Notes: generated from the letters alone by a model not told the origin. A stretch of DNA of 64,000 nucleotides from an uncultured Acidobacteriota bacterium (GCA_963777605.1 CAVZRV010000008.1:320001-384000), one strand, 5' to 3'. Counted from the stretch's first letter, positions 29,154 through 41,541 are shown. Translations and numbers: made by a program.

Positions 29154-30323
29154 TTATCGGCCGATATCCTTGATGTGGATATTGCCGTTGGAAGTTTCCA
29201 GGTAGATGGCCGGCCCTCCGTTTCCGATCGGAATGTCTGCCACTATTTCCCCAGTGCTCTCATTGCGCAGCGGGTTGACGCTCTGTCCGCCGTAGAAGAT
29301 GCCATAGCGCTGATTTTCCCTTGTCCAGTTGCCGGAGACTCGGATCACGGCGTGGATGGTCGCGGAAACCCCTGATCCCACTCCCAACTGGATTTCGCCG
29401 CCGGAAGTCTTCAGTTGGCTGCTTTCGCCGTCCACCCGGGTGATCTCTGCAAAGATGTCACCGCCGGCAGTACTGGCCTGGATCGGGCCGGCTACTTTTC
29501 GCAGACTGAGGTCTCCGCCCGCAGTCCTGGCTTCGACGGGACCTTCGGCGGATTTCAGCTCGACATCCCCACCGGCCGTCTCCAGGGTGGCCGAGCCGGC
29601 GACGGCTCCGACGGAAATGTCGCCACCGGCCGTTTTGACTTCGGCGGATCCGCCGACGTTGCCAAGTTCGATGTCCCCGCCAGCCGTTTTCGCGACCAGA
29701 TGGTCTCCTACTTCGCCGACGCTGATGTCTCCGCCCGAAGTCCTGACCTCGGTCTCGCCGTTGGCGGCGGCAAGTTCGATGTCACCTCCAGAGGTAGCCA
29801 GAGAAACATTTCCCTGGACGACTCCCCCGGAAATATCACCTCCCGACGTCTTCAGACCGACCTCACCATTGACGTCCTTGAACTGGATGTCTCCCCCGGA
29901 GGTCTTGCCTTCCACGTGGCCGGTGAGCTTTTCCTCAATCGAGATATCGCCGCCGGAAGTCGCCAGATCGAGATTGAGGTTGGAGGGGATGGAAAACTCG
30001 AAGCGGGGGCTCGTTCCGCCCCACCAGCCGCTGTTTCCGTGCGGACGATAGGAGACGGTGACGGTGTCTCCCGACTGGTTGACCTCCAGGTTTTGCAGTT
30101 GTTTCTCATCCAGTCCGACGACATCGACCTGGAGGTTGGAGGCGCTGGTGCTCCGAATCAGAATGTCGCCACCCGCGACCTCAACGACCAGCTTGCCGCC
30201 ACTGCCCACGTTAAATGACTTTGAGAAACTGGCCAACTGGGAGCCCGCCGCCAGTGCAATCGACGCGGCGACAACCAGCAGAATGATGCTCAATTTGTTC
30301 TTTCTCATTGCTTGCTCCTCCAT
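29154..30323 (-). CDS. DUF4097 family beta-strand repeat protein
   Basis: Repeated KTSGGDI/TAGGDI units; signal peptide; terminal ETSNGNIHI. Confidence 0.9.
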   Translation of the reverse strand: MEEQAMRKNKLSIILLVVAASIALAAGSQLASFSKSFNVGSGGKLVVEVAGGDILIRSTSASNLQVDVVGLDEKQLQNLEVNQSGDTVTVSYRPHGNSGWWGGTSPRFEFSIPSNLNLDLATSGGDISIEEKLTGHVEGKTSGGDIQFKDVNGEVGLKTSGGDISGGVVQGNVSLATSGGDIELAAANGETEVRTSGGDISVGEVGDHLVAKTAGGDIELGNVGGSAEVKTAGGDISVGAVAGSATLETAGGDVELKSAEGPVEARTAGGDLSLRKVAGPIQASTAGGDIFAEITRVDGESSQLKTSGGEIQLGVGSGVSATIHAVIRVSGNWTRENQRYGIFYGGQSVNPLRNESTGEIVADIPIGNGGPAIYLETSNGNIHIKDIGR

Positions 30324-30354
30324 GTCACAAGTGCTTTTCGTTCAATTCCTGGTC

Positions 30355-31308
30355 CTAGTTCAGGCGGTAGCCTGCCTGCTCCAGGAATTTGATTCCCTTA
30401 TGTCTTACGTAGCTGTTCTCGTCCCGGCTAAGCTGTTCTCCCAACTGCTCGAGCACGGCATTGTCGAGCCTGAATCCGGAGTCGGCCGCTGCGGAGAGAC
30501 CGTCGATTGCCTCAATTCGGATGCGGGCGTTGCGATCGTTTTCGAGGGCATCCACGAGTGCTGCACGGATTTCCGGTGTAGACGGGTAACTCCTCAGCGT
30601 CTCCACGGCTTTCTGGCGAACCGCCGGGTTGGGATCCGTTCTCAAGGCGCCGATCAGTGCCGTACTCGTCTCCTGATCGGCCGGAGCCTGCTGTTGCAGG
30701 GCGGAGACTGCCCGCAGCCGAACCCCGGGGTTCTCTTCCGCGATCAGAGCATGGGCGAGAATCCGCTGGATCCTGGCGTCGTCAAGAGATCCTTCGAGAT
30801 GAACCTTCCGGGAAGCATCGAAGCTGAGCGCCACCTGGTTGGACTTCGGGTCAATCTGCTCGAATGAAACGCCGGTGACTCGGACCTCGGGATTCCGGAA
30901 CAGCTCGAGGGGATCCTGCCCGGTCGGGGTAGCCATTCCAAAAACCAGGTATCCGGCGACAAACCCGACGGCTGCCATGGACAGGGCGCCTCCGGACCAG
31001 GCCAGCACCCTGAATGGAGTCGCCAGCCCGTCCAACCATTCCGTCAGTCTCCGGGTCATCCTGGTTCTAGTCCCCGCTTCCCGGGGCTCCAGCGACGTAA
31101 GCACCCGGGTGCGTGCCGCATTGACGAGCTCAGTTCCGGCCTCGGGCATGGACGACGAGAGCATCCGGGCAGTCTGCTCGATTTCCTGCTCCACCTCCCG
31201 GCAGGAAGCGCACCCGGCGAGGTGGTCTTCCAGTTCTGCCGCCGCTTCCGGAGTGAGTTCTCCGTAATGTTTCAATACCAAAAGTTCCTGAAAATCCTCG
31301 TGTTTCAT
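30355..31308 (-). CDS. zf-HC2 anti-sigma factor with HEAT repeats
   Basis: HLAGCASC, one TM helix, then NPGVRLRAV / NPAVRQKAV HEAT-like repeats. Confidence 0.88.
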   Translation of the reverse strand: MKHEDFQELLVLKHYGELTPEAAAELEDHLAGCASCREVEQEIEQTARMLSSSMPEAGTELVNAARTRVLTSLEPREAGTRTRMTRRLTEWLDGLATPFRVLAWSGGALSMAAVGFVAGYLVFGMATPTGQDPLELFRNPEVRVTGVSFEQIDPKSNQVALSFDASRKVHLEGSLDDARIQRILAHALIAEENPGVRLRAVSALQQQAPADQETSTALIGALRTDPNPAVRQKAVETLRSYPSTPEIRAALVDALENDRNARIRIEAIDGLSAAADSGFRLDNAVLEQLGEQLSRDENSYVRHKGIKFLEQAGYRLN

Positions 31309-31316
31309 GGCTTCCT

Positions 31317-31889
31317 CTAACCTCGGACTTCACTGAGTTCTGACCGTAGCCGTTGAATCGCAGTGAAGAGGTGTTTCTTGACAGTCCCTTCGGCACAGCC
31401 GAGCATCGACGCGATTTCGCGCAGCTTGTGACCCTCGAAATGGCGCAGCACGAAAACGATTCGCTGCTGGGTTGAAAGCCGGTTGACGGCATTCCGGACC
31501 CGGCGGGAGATTTCCCCTCGGTACACCTCGACCTCCGGTTCAGGGCGAGAACTACTGAGAAGGGAGAGGTTGCCTGGGTTATCGGTCCAGGCTTCCTCAT
31601 CGATCGAAACCTGCCGTCTTCTCCGTTCCGAATACTGCCGGCTCAGGCAGGCGTTGGCAGTAACCCGATAGAGCCAGGTTGAAAAACTGCTTTTGGCCTT
31701 GAATCCCTTCAATGATCCGTGAACCCGGAGGAAGACGTCCTGGAAGATGTCCTGTGCGGTATCCGGGTTACCCGAATAGCGGAGCGCGATGTTCATCACC
31801 TGGCGCTCATACTTCCGGATCAATTGCTCGAACGCTGCCATATCGCCCTTCTGTGCCTGTTTTATGAGTCGGTCTTCGTCCATCTTCAT
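31317..31889 (-). CDS. ECF RNA polymerase sigma factor
   Basis: AQDIFQDVFL, FSTWLYRVTAN and GTVKKHLF. Confidence 0.93.
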   Translation of the reverse strand: MKMDEDRLIKQAQKGDMAAFEQLIRKYERQVMNIALRYSGNPDTAQDIFQDVFLRVHGSLKGFKAKSSFSTWLYRVTANACLSRQYSERRRRQVSIDEEAWTDNPGNLSLLSSSRPEPEVEVYRGEISRRVRNAVNRLSTQQRIVFVLRHFEGHKLREIASMLGCAEGTVKKHLFTAIQRLRSELSEVRG

Positions 31890-31915
31890 GGAACTTCTTA
31901 CTTACTTCGATGCAG

Positions 31916-31942
31916 TTAGACCTGCAAGGGGGGAGAAAGGTT
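31916..31942 (-). promoter_or_regulatory. Possible autoregulated ECF promoter (AAC...GTCTAA)
   Basis: Minus strand AAC, ~18-nt pyrimidine-rich spacer, then GTCTAA, just upstream of the sigma gene; fits the general ECF -35 AAC / -10 GTC pattern. Confidence 0.4.
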
Positions 31943-32004
31943 GGGGGAGAGCGCGAACACTTTTGATTCTTGATTCTGGGTTTATGGTTAGGACGTTAAG
32001 CTCA

Positions 32005-32440
32005 CCAGGAGACAGGAGACAGGAGACAGGGGAAACCAGAGGGTATGTTGCCCAAACCCGGACGGAGAGCATTCTCTCCCTGCATTGTCTCCGCATCCCA
32101 TCCCTATACGGTCCCTTCGCTTCCACACCCTGCAAACCAAGCCTCTTCCACTTTCTTCCCGCGGTCTTCGCACTTTTTCCGACACGTTCGTAATTACTAG
32201 TATGGGGTTAGGGGTTTGGCCCCGCCGGAGGCTTTGCCCGGGGGCTTGGTGCGCCCGCTGGCGGACTGGGCACGGAGAGACGTGTCAGATTTGGCTCCGA
32301 TGGCGATTTCGGCAACACACCCCAGACACCAGGAACCCGGAACCCGGAGCCAGAAACCAGGAGCCAGAAACCAGAAACCCGAAACACCGCACAACCCCCC
32401 CGGTGTCCGGTCTCCGGTCTTCAGTCTCCGGTCTCCGGTC
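32005..32440. repeat. Clusters of heptamer tandem repeats in an intergenic region
   Basis: (CAGGAGA)3 at ~32006; GGAACCC/AGAAACC/GGAGCCA run at ~32330-32385; (TCTCCGG)-type run at ~32400-32440. Confidence 0.75.
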
Positions 32441-32969
32441 TTTGGAGGGCGAGCCAGTAGATGGCGGTGATCGTCTTGCCATCCCGTATCTGCCCGTCGG
32501 CGACCAGTTGGAGGGCCTCTTCAAGACTGTAGTGCTCGATGATCAGGTGCTCATCCGGTTCGGGGTTGGCACGGACCTTCTCAACCTTCTCGGCAAAAAA
32601 GAAGTGCAGCAGCTCGTCACAGAACCCAGGCGAAGTGTAGAAGCTGGAAATTCTGCGCAGCTTCACGGGGCGAAGGCCCACCTCTTCTTCCAGTTCACGG
32701 GCGGCACTGACATCCGGGGGTTCGCCGTGGTCGAGCTTGCCTGCGGGGAGTTCGAGGATGTCCTCGTTGAGAGGATAACGGTGCTGTCGAACGAACGGAA
32801 TCTTCCCGTTTGTGTCGAGGGCGAGAATGACCACGCCGCCGGGGTGGCGGACAACCTCACGGATCGTCTGCATCCCGCTGATTTCAATTTCATCGACCTC
32901 GAGATCGACGATCTTGCCCTGGTAGACGCGATTTGCCGACAGCAGTTTCCCTCGTTCCAGTTGAGACAT
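32421..32969 (-). CDS. NUDIX hydrolase (ADP-ribose pyrophosphatase-like)
   Basis: ELPAGKLDHGEPPDVSAARELEEEVG Nudix box; SPGFCDE and IRDGKT. Confidence 0.93.
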   Translation of the reverse strand: MSQLERGKLLSANRVYQGKIVDLEVDEIEISGMQTIREVVRHPGGVVILALDTNGKIPFVRQHRYPLNEDILELPAGKLDHGEPPDVSAARELEEEVGLRPVKLRRISSFYTSPGFCDELLHFFFAEKVEKVRANPEPDEHLIIEHYSLEEALQLVADGQIRDGKTITAIYWLALQRPETGD

Positions 32970-33120
32970 GGGACAGATTCTGTCAGGTTCGTGTACCGGC
33001 TGTCCAAACGAGGCTTGTCCGGAAGGCCTCCTTTTCGAACCGGCCACTTGTTGCTGGGCCCCGAAAACATCATAGGCTTCGAACTTTTGGAGGCGTCCTG
33101 CATCATTAGGTCTTAGTGGA

Positions 33121-34524
33121 ATGAAGGCCGTATTCTTGTGTTCGATTCTGGCTGTGGTGGTGGTGCTCGTTTACCTGGGGTCTTTCCCGGGCACGTTTCA
33201 CTACGACGACTTTCCCCTCATGCTGGACAACCCGCACGTAACCGACACCCCGTTCCATTACCGCGACTTCGTCGAAATGTACGGGGGGAGGCCGCTTACG
33301 ATTTGGTCGTTCCATCTCAACTACCTTTTCGGAGGTCGATCGCCGCTGGGCTTTCACCTCGTGAGTGTTGCGCTTCACGGGGTTGTCGTGATCCTGCTCT
33401 TCCGACTTCTGATGGCCTTGGGACTGGGAGTCCCGGTTGCTTTCTCGGCCAGTCTCCTGTTCGCGGTTCATCCCGCCCTTGTGCAGTCTGTCAACTATGT
33501 TTGGGCGAGGTCGATTCTCCTGATGGCGGCTTTCGGCCTGCTGGCCCTGTTGGTTGGCCGGAAACACTTCTGGGCCGGCCTGGTCTTCTGGGAACTGGCG
33601 ATCCTGAGCCGGGTTGAGGGAATGCTGTTCCTGGTCCCCCTCCTCCTGATCGATCGGCGCTATCGTCGCGCAGGATTCCCCATCCTGGGGCTGAACCTGG
33701 CGGCCTTTCTCTACGGACTCCAGAAGTATGCCCCGTCGGAATTCGCTTTCAGCTATCCTTCGTGGCTCGATTACTGGATGCAGGCACCGGTGAGTTTCTG
33801 GCACTACCTGCAGCTGTACCTCGTCCCCACCGGGTTTTCCATCTATCACGGGCTTCCCCCGGTGGCCTCCTGGGTGGCCGCTGTCGCCTCGATCGGATTG
33901 ATCCTGCTGGTTCTGGCGGCGCTTCGCTTCAGGGACAGCCAACCCGAACTGGCACTGGCCACGGGCTGGGTCTTCATTTTCCTGGCGCCTTCCCTGGTTG
34001 TCCCAAACACGGAAGGGGTCAGCGAGAGTCGAATGTACGCGGCCGGGATCGGCTTCTGCGTTGCGGCCGCAGTCGGATTGACGCGTCTCGGGAGAAGCCT
34101 CGGTGCCCGTTGGAAGACAGCCCCCAGGTGGGCAACGGCGGTTTTGCCGGTTGTCCTCGTCGCCTTCGGATACACGGCAGTGAGCGCATCCCGGCATTCC
34201 GTCTGGGGAGATGATGTCGCGATTTGGAGGGAGGCAGTGGACCAGACCCCGAATCAGCCGCTGGCAAGCTACAACCTGGGTGCCGCCCTCAGCCGGGTTG
34301 GAGCGACCGACGAGGCCCGGGCCTCCTTCGAGCGAAGCCGGCGTTTGAACCCCAAAGACGACATGAGCTATGCTGGGCTTGGGTTTTGTGCCGAGGCCGA
34401 CGGCCTGTTGGATGAGGCTCAGCGCTTTTACGAGACGGCCTTGATTTTTAACCCGGCGAATACCTACGCCCGGGAAGGATTGGCTCGATTGACCGGGTCG
34501 TCCGGCGGAGATCCTCACAAGTGA
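33121..34524 (+). CDS. TMTC-like membrane glycosyltransferase with C-terminal TPRs
   Basis: FHYDD, RPL, LFAVHP and ESRMY motifs in a multi-TM region followed by TPR repeats. Confidence 0.8.
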   Translation: MKAVFLCSILAVVVVLVYLGSFPGTFHYDDFPLMLDNPHVTDTPFHYRDFVEMYGGRPLTIWSFHLNYLFGGRSPLGFHLVSVALHGVVVILLFRLLMALGLGVPVAFSASLLFAVHPALVQSVNYVWARSILLMAAFGLLALLVGRKHFWAGLVFWELAILSRVEGMLFLVPLLLIDRRYRRAGFPILGLNLAAFLYGLQKYAPSEFAFSYPSWLDYWMQAPVSFWHYLQLYLVPTGFSIYHGLPPVASWVAAVASIGLILLVLAALRFRDSQPELALATGWVFIFLAPSLVVPNTEGVSESRMYAAGIGFCVAAAVGLTRLGRSLGARWKTAPRWATAVLPVVLVAFGYTAVSASRHSVWGDDVAIWREAVDQTPNQPLASYNLGAALSRVGATDEARASFERSRRLNPKDDMSYAGLGFCAEADGLLDEAQRFYETALIFNPANTYAREGLARLTGSSGGDPHK

Positions 34525-35120
34525 AGTACATAAACCAGATCAATTTTACACTGGCTGCCGTGGGCATCGTCATCGTGGGCTACGCCCTGTCCCAGACGTT
34601 GCTTGCCCCGGAGGTTCGCTCGAACCTCGATCTGGAACAGTTGCGCCAGATCCAGCCCCGCGTCATTGAAAAGCCGGAGGCCACCGAGGCTCCGGCCGCC
34701 CTGCTGAATTCGACGTCAACAGCTCGACCTGCGGTAACTTCCGTCCGCGAGAACCGGCCGGCCTCACGGGTGGAGCGCCCCGCGGCTCAACCGGCGATTG
34801 CGGGACGCAACGCTCCCGCTCCAGCTGCCGGGCCCTCGCGGCGTAATCTCCAGCCGCAGACCCCGGCAACTCCGGTCTGGCTCGGGGATCGAAGTGAGCG
34901 CGCGGGACGACGTGCAGGTGGGGTTGTCACGCCCCGCTCGGCGGTAGCCGCCCAACCGGCTCTCCCTCCTCAGGGTGGCGTCCGGGGGAGTGGGGGGCGA
35001 CCGACCGGTTCATTGATAAGGCCTCCTGCGGGGGCCGAGGGATTCAAGCGTGACGGGACGAGCGATCCGGCCGCTCCGCCGGTGCGTTCGTCGATGCCCC
35101 AGACGCCGCGACGACCGTGA
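34521..35120 (+). CDS. Hypothetical membrane-anchored Pro/Ala-rich protein
   Basis: N-terminal TM helix; overlaps the upstream stop codon (GTGA). Confidence 0.6.
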   Translation: MKYINQINFTLAAVGIVIVGYALSQTLLAPEVRSNLDLEQLRQIQPRVIEKPEATEAPAALLNSTSTARPAVTSVRENRPASRVERPAAQPAIAGRNAPAPAAGPSRRNLQPQTPATPVWLGDRSERAGRRAGGVVTPRSAVAAQPALPPQGGVRGSGGRPTGSLIRPPAGAEGFKRDGTSDPAAPPVRSSMPQTPRRP

Positions 35121-35230
35121 CCGGCTCCTGGTGTCGAGGGGCGAGCGTTCGTCCGGGAGGGCTTTTTGTTCGATCCGGGATTCCCGGAGACTAGGTTGAA
35201 TCGATTGTCGAATGTTGCGGGAGTGAGGCA

Positions 35231-36088
<858 letters not shown>

Positions 36089-36281
36089 TTTAAAGGGTGC
36101 CGAGCCCGACCTGGTGCCGGCTATTCGATATACTGAACATCCTCAACACCCCGATCCGGGGTGAATCCACCGGCCGGGATTGTAACAAGACGTTTCTTCT
36201 CATCAAACGGATGAGCGAAGAGGTCTGTCTTTCAGGCTGTTTGGCGGAGAGCCGGACTCTCGCTCACGGGGGCGATAGGCT

Positions 36282-37103
36282 ATGACGGTCTATGGACAGG
36301 CAATGATCGAGGCGAAAGGGCTGAGCAAGTACTACGGCTCCTTTGTCGCGATCGAAAACATTTCATTTTCCATCCCTGCCGGTCAGGTGGTGGCCTTTCT
36401 CGGTCCCAACGGAGCCGGGAAAACCACCACCATGAAGATCCTGACCGGCTATCTGGCACCGAGTGAGGGGACGGCTGCGATCGCGGGCCTCGATATCCAG
36501 ACTGAACGGATAGAGGCGTCTCGCCAGCTTGGATACCTTCCGGAAAACGGGCCTCTCTACCAGGATCTGACTCCCGGCGAGTCGCTGCGGTTCTTTGGAG
36601 AAGCCCGCGGGATGGACGACGGGCTTCTGGGCAGCCGCATGGAACAGGTCGTTGACGACTGCGGGCTCCGGGAGGTCCTCGAAAAGCCGATCGGGAAGTT
36701 GTCCAAGGGGTTTCGTCAGCGGGTCGGCCTGGCCCAGGCGCTTCTGCACGACCCCGCTGTACTGATCATGGACGAACCGACGGCCGGGCTTGACCCGAAC
36801 CAGATCCGGGAATTCAGGCGGAACCTCCGGGAGTTGGCCCAAACCAAGACGATCCTGATCTCGACCCATATTCTGCGTGAGGTTGAGACCACCGCTGATC
36901 GCGTGATCCTGGTCAATGCGGGACGGCTCATCTTTGACGGGACGCCTGACGAACTTCGCCAGGGCGGGTCCCTGGAAGAGCCCTTTTACCGGCTGACGCA
37001 CTTCGGCCTGTCCCCCGGATCTGCCGAACCAGGGGAACCGGAGCCGGCCGTGACTGCCCCGGTGGATTCCGGTATCGACGAAGGAGGTCCCCGTGAAGAT
37101 TAA
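36282..37103 (+). CDS. ABC transporter ATP-binding protein (GldA-like)
   Basis: GPNGAGKTT, LSKGFRQRVGLAQA and DEPTAGLDP. Confidence 0.95.
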   Translation: MTVYGQAMIEAKGLSKYYGSFVAIENISFSIPAGQVVAFLGPNGAGKTTTMKILTGYLAPSEGTAAIAGLDIQTERIEASRQLGYLPENGPLYQDLTPGESLRFFGEARGMDDGLLGSRMEQVVDDCGLREVLEKPIGKLSKGFRQRVGLAQALLHDPAVLIMDEPTAGLDPNQIREFRRNLRELAQTKTILISTHILREVETTADRVILVNAGRLIFDGTPDELRQGGSLEEPFYRLTHFGLSPGSAEPGEPEPAVTAPVDSGIDEGGPRED

Positions 37104-39796
37104 CTTCGGATTCGTCAGAGCGCTCGTGATGCGGGACCTCCGGCGCTACTTCAGCAACCCCACGGGCTATGTCTTCATTACCCTGTTCATATTTCTGAGC
37201 GCCGCGGCGGCTTTCTGGCAGGACCGGTTCTTCCTGAACAACCTGGCCAACCTGGACCAGTTGAACAACCTGTTCCCGTACATTCTGATTTTCTTCGTGT
37301 CCGCCCTGACGATGTCGGTCTGGTCCGAGGAGCGACGGCAGGCGACCGACGAACTGCTGCTGACCATGCCGGCGACCAGTTTCGAAGTCGTGCTGGGCAA
37401 GTTCCTGTCCGCAATCGGCATCTACACAGTGGCGCTGATTCTCTCGTTGAGCCACGTGCTGGTCCTGTTCTGGCTTGGGAGTCCCGACCTCGGAGTCATG
37501 TTCGCCAACTACCTGGGTTACTGGCTACTGGGCGCCGCCATGATCAGCGTCGGGTTGCTGGCTTCCCTGATGACCTCGAACACGGCCATTGCGTTCATTT
37601 TCGGCGCGCTTTTCAATTCGGTTCTGGTTTTCGGTCACTCCATGCTGGGAACCTTCAACGAGACCCTGGGCATGGTCGTAGAGCCGCTCGGAGTGGTGAA
37701 CCGGTTTGGTGATTTCGCCCGGGGCGTCGTCAGCCTGCCGGGGATCGTCTACTTCCTGTCGGTCATCGCGGTGATGTTGTACGCCAACACCTTGATCGTG
37801 GACCGTCGCCACTGGCCCAAGCTGCTCGATGGGCGGCGAACCTGGGCTCATCACGCCTGCCGGATTGCCGGGGTGATTCTGATCGTGATCAGCGTCAACA
37901 CGATTCTGGCCCGAACCAGCCTGCGGCTCGACGTCACCTCGGAGGGACTGCACTCACTGAGTACCGAAACCCGGCAGATTCTGCACGGACTGCCGGATGA
38001 CCGGCCGGTATTCGTACAGGCATTCATCAGTCCCAACGTGCCTGAACCCTATGTACAGGCTCGGGTCAACCTGCTCAGCACACTGGACGAGATCGGTGCC
38101 GTGTCGGGAGGCAAAGTCGAGGTTCTGGTTGAGGACACGGTCCCTTTCAGTTCGCAGGCCCGGGACGCCCGTGAGCAGTTTGGCATCATGCCTCGGCAGA
38201 TACCGGACCTCGAGAATGCCCGAGCCGGTTTCACCGAGGTGTTTCTCGGAGTCGTGATCACCTGTGGGGCCGCCGAGCAGGTGATCCCATTCATCGATCG
38301 GGGCCTTTCCCCGGAGTATGAAGTGGCCCGCGGGATTCGGGTCGTCACCAATGCCAAGCGAAAGCGGATCGGGGTCCTCCAGACGGCCATCAACCTATTC
38401 GGAGGGCTCGATTTTCAGACCATGCGCAGCACTCCGGCCTGGCCTGTGGTGGACGAATTGAAGAAGCAGTACGAAGTGGTCCGGCTCGCAGCCCGGCGGA
38501 GAAATCCCCGACGACCTGGACGGGTTGCTCGCAGTGCTTCCGTCTTCGCTCCCCCAGGAAGAGATGGATGTCCTGTCGGATGCGGTTCTGAAGGGAATCC
38601 CGACCTTGCTCCTGGTTGACCCGTTGCCGGTCATCAACATCGGTCTTTCTCCTTCGGAGGAACCGGGTGGACCGCAGAACCCCTTCATGCGCAACCAGCA
38701 GGCTCCCCAGACTCCAAAGGGGGACGTCGGTGCATTCCTGGCGAAGCTGGGGGTTGCATGGGATTCGAAGCGGGTGGTGTGGGACTCCTACAACCCGCAC
38801 CCCGATCTCGCCCATCTTCCCCCGGAGGTGGTTTTCGTCGGGGAAGGGAACGAGAATCCAAAAGCGTTCAGTCGGGACGAACTGGCAACCAGGTCTCTCC
38901 AGGAGTTGGTTCTTCTCTACCCCGGCGAACTTCAGAAGGCAGTCGACTCGAAACTCGAGTTCATTCCGCTGGTCGAAAGTGGAAAGAGTTCGGGAGATTT
39001 CGAGTATGCCCAGGTCGTGCAGCGAAGCTTCTTCGGGACCCAGTTGAACCAGAGCCTGCCGCACAATCCTGCTGGAACCGACTATGTGTTTGCTGCAGAA
39101 GTGAAAGGAACGGCTTCGCCCGGGAAAGAGGAGGAAGCGGGCGATTCGGGAGAGCCGGCGCAGTCGGAGACGGCGTCCAGCCGGCCGCTTCACCTGATCG
39201 TCGTTGCCGATGTCGATTTCATCTCGGACCAGTTCTTCCAGATCCGGGCGCGCGGTCCGCAGAACCTGAATTTCGACAACGTCACTTTCTTCCTCAACTG
39301 CATCGATGTCCTGGCCGGGGACGACTCCTTTATCACGCTGCGTGGAAAGCGGGTCCGGCACCGGACTTTGGAACGGGTCGAAGCTCGGACGAAGAGCTTC
39401 GTCGATCAGCGGGTTGTCGAAGAGCAGCAGGCGGAGAAAGAGGCCGATGCGGCCTTGGCGGACGCCCAGAAGCGCCTTGACGAGCGAGTTGACCAGATCC
39501 GCCAGCGGCCCGATCTGGACGCCCGTACCAAGCAGATCATGGCCCAGAACCTGCAGGAGTCCGAGAGTCGGAAATTCGAGGTCCTCAAGGCCAATATCGA
39601 ATCCGAAAAGGCGGCCAAGATCCATGCCAGCCGCGAAGATACCGAGGAACAGATTCGCGGCATCCAAAACGGAATCCGTACTTACGCCGTTCTTCTTCCA
39701 CCGATCCCGGTTTTCCTCATCGGAGTCTGGATCTTCTTCCGCCGGCAGCAGCGGGAACGGGAAGCGGCATCCGCAGCAAGACGATTGAGAGTGTAA
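37093..39796 (+). CDS. Fused GldF/GldG-like ABC permease/auxiliary component; frameshift near 38490
   Basis: WSEERRQATDELLLT ABC-2 permease, RLDVTSEGLHSLS, VVADVDFISD and a terminal TM helix across two frames. Confidence 0.87.
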
Positions 39797-39798
39797 CC

Positions 39799-41166
39799 AT
39801 GACTGAAACCAGGAAAACCTTGACGATCGGAACTTTGGGCCTGTTGCTGCTGGGAATCACTGTGCTGACCGCTCCCCGGCGCAGCACACCCGACGAATTC
39901 GTGGACCGGGGGCAAGTCTTCTTTCCGGACTTCACCGATCCCAACGCCGCAACGACCCTGGAAGTAATCGAGTTCGAAGAGGACACCGCGTCGGCCAAGC
40001 CGTTCAAAGTGACTTTCAAGAATGGTGTCTGGACGATACCGTCCCATCACGACTACCCGGCTGACGGGAAGGACCGGCTCGCCAAGACTGCCGCCGGCCT
40101 CATCGGTTTGACCAAGGATGACTTCCGCACCGCCAACGTGGCCGACTACGAGGCATGCGGAGTCATTGACCCGCTGGACGAGTCGGCAACCTCCCTGAAA
40201 GGGCGGGGCAAGCGGGTCACGATCAAGGATGCCAATGACCACGTCCTGGCCGACCTGATCCTGGGCAGGAAGCTGGACGACCATCCCGAGTACCGGTTTG
40301 TCCGGGTCCCCGACCAGAAGCGGGTTTACGTGACCCGGAGCGACCTGGACGTCTCGACCAACTTTGCCGACTGGATCGAGCCCGACCTGCTCCAGGTCGA
40401 GCGCAACGACATTGACAACGTAACGATCCGGGACTACTCGATCGACGAGCGCTACTACACGGTTGACCGCCGGGATGTCCTGACGCTGGCCAAAAAGGGA
40501 GACACCTGGTCGGCCAATCGCATGGGATCGGGGCAGGAGGTTGACTCGACCGGGATGAACGGGCTGCTTCGGGCACTGGACGACCTCTCTATCGTCGGGG
40601 TTCGCCCCAAGCCTGCCGGCCTGTCCGACGATCTGAAGAAAGCCGGAGGCAAGGTTCCTTTGACCCAGGCGAACGTCCAGGCACTGCAGGAAAAGGGCTA
40701 CTACCTCACGCGGGACGGGAACCTCCTGTCCAACGAGGGGGAGGTCGAGGTCAAGACGGACAAGGGCGTTGACTACATACTGCGGTTCGGGGAAGTGCTT
40801 TACGGGCGTGGGGAATCGGTCAGCGCCGGTGACAGTTCCAACCAGGACAAGGAAGCCGGGCCCGGGCTCAATCGTTACCTGTTCATCACGGTCTCTTTCG
40901 ATCCCCACAGCCTCCGCGAGCCGAAGAAGCCGTCCAGCCGGAGTTTCGAAGGGAAGAGCGAGAGCCAGTTGACGGACCGGGAACGCGAGGACAAGGAGCT
41001 GGATGCGAAGCACCAGGAATGGCAGAAGCAGGTTGAGGAAGGACGGGAGAAGGTCCGCCAGTTGAACGAACGCCTCGCCGGCTGGTACTACGTCATCTCG
41101 TCGGATTCCTTCGACAAGATCCACCTCACGCGGAAGGACCTGGTCAAAGCGAAATCGGCGGGGTAG
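39799..41166 (+). CDS. DUF4340 domain protein
   Basis: N-terminal TM helix, WTIPSHHDYPAD; typical position downstream of GldG. Confidence 0.8.
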   Translation: MTETRKTLTIGTLGLLLLGITVLTAPRRSTPDEFVDRGQVFFPDFTDPNAATTLEVIEFEEDTASAKPFKVTFKNGVWTIPSHHDYPADGKDRLAKTAAGLIGLTKDDFRTANVADYEACGVIDPLDESATSLKGRGKRVTIKDANDHVLADLILGRKLDDHPEYRFVRVPDQKRVYVTRSDLDVSTNFADWIEPDLLQVERNDIDNVTIRDYSIDERYYTVDRRDVLTLAKKGDTWSANRMGSGQEVDSTGMNGLLRALDDLSIVGVRPKPAGLSDDLKKAGGKVPLTQANVQALQEKGYYLTRDGNLLSNEGEVEVKTDKGVDYILRFGEVLYGRGESVSAGDSSNQDKEAGPGLNRYLFITVSFDPHSLREPKKPSSRSFEGKSESQLTDREREDKELDAKHQEWQKQVEEGREKVRQLNERLAGWYYVISSDSFDKIHLTRKDLVKAKSAG

Positions 41167-41283
41167 GGCAAGCGTCTACGCTTGTCTCCGGGCCGAAGAC
41201 TTCAGGGTGACCTCCGCTCCAGGTGGGTTTTGGGCGTTGGTTCGCACTTTGGTTTGGTAATTCGACTTCGGCGTTCGGGTTTC

Positions 41284-41397
41284 TCGGCCATGTCGTCCCG
41301 CCGGAGCGGGACTCCGATGGTGAGATGTGCCGGGGGGACCCAGGATTCCGCCTTCGGCTCCATCCTGGGCTACTCCATGCCGCCCCCAGCGGGGCTG
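41284..41397. repeat. Dispersed REP-like palindromic element, copy 2
   Basis: Homologous to 24175-24287; lies between convergent operons. Confidence 0.7.
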
Positions 41398-41541
41398 ATG
41401 CCGAGAACCTGAGACTCACTCCACGGCAGAGACGGTCGGTTGTCAGGGTGGCTTCGGCCGCGAGACACGCTCGGGGACGCTTATCCTACGCTGAGCAAAG
41501 TCTCCGGTCTCACCTCCCCATCACAAATCAAAAATCACAAA

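Noticed and set aside
29329-30051. Repetitive antisense ORF (MSPP repeats)
   Set aside because: Shadow of the GGDI repeats of the DUF4097 gene on the opposite strand.
33106-34518. Long antisense ORFs (also 12148-13572, 39682-41124, 43934-45199, 58076-59329)
   Set aside because: Typical GC-rich shadow frames opposite well-supported genes; no motifs.
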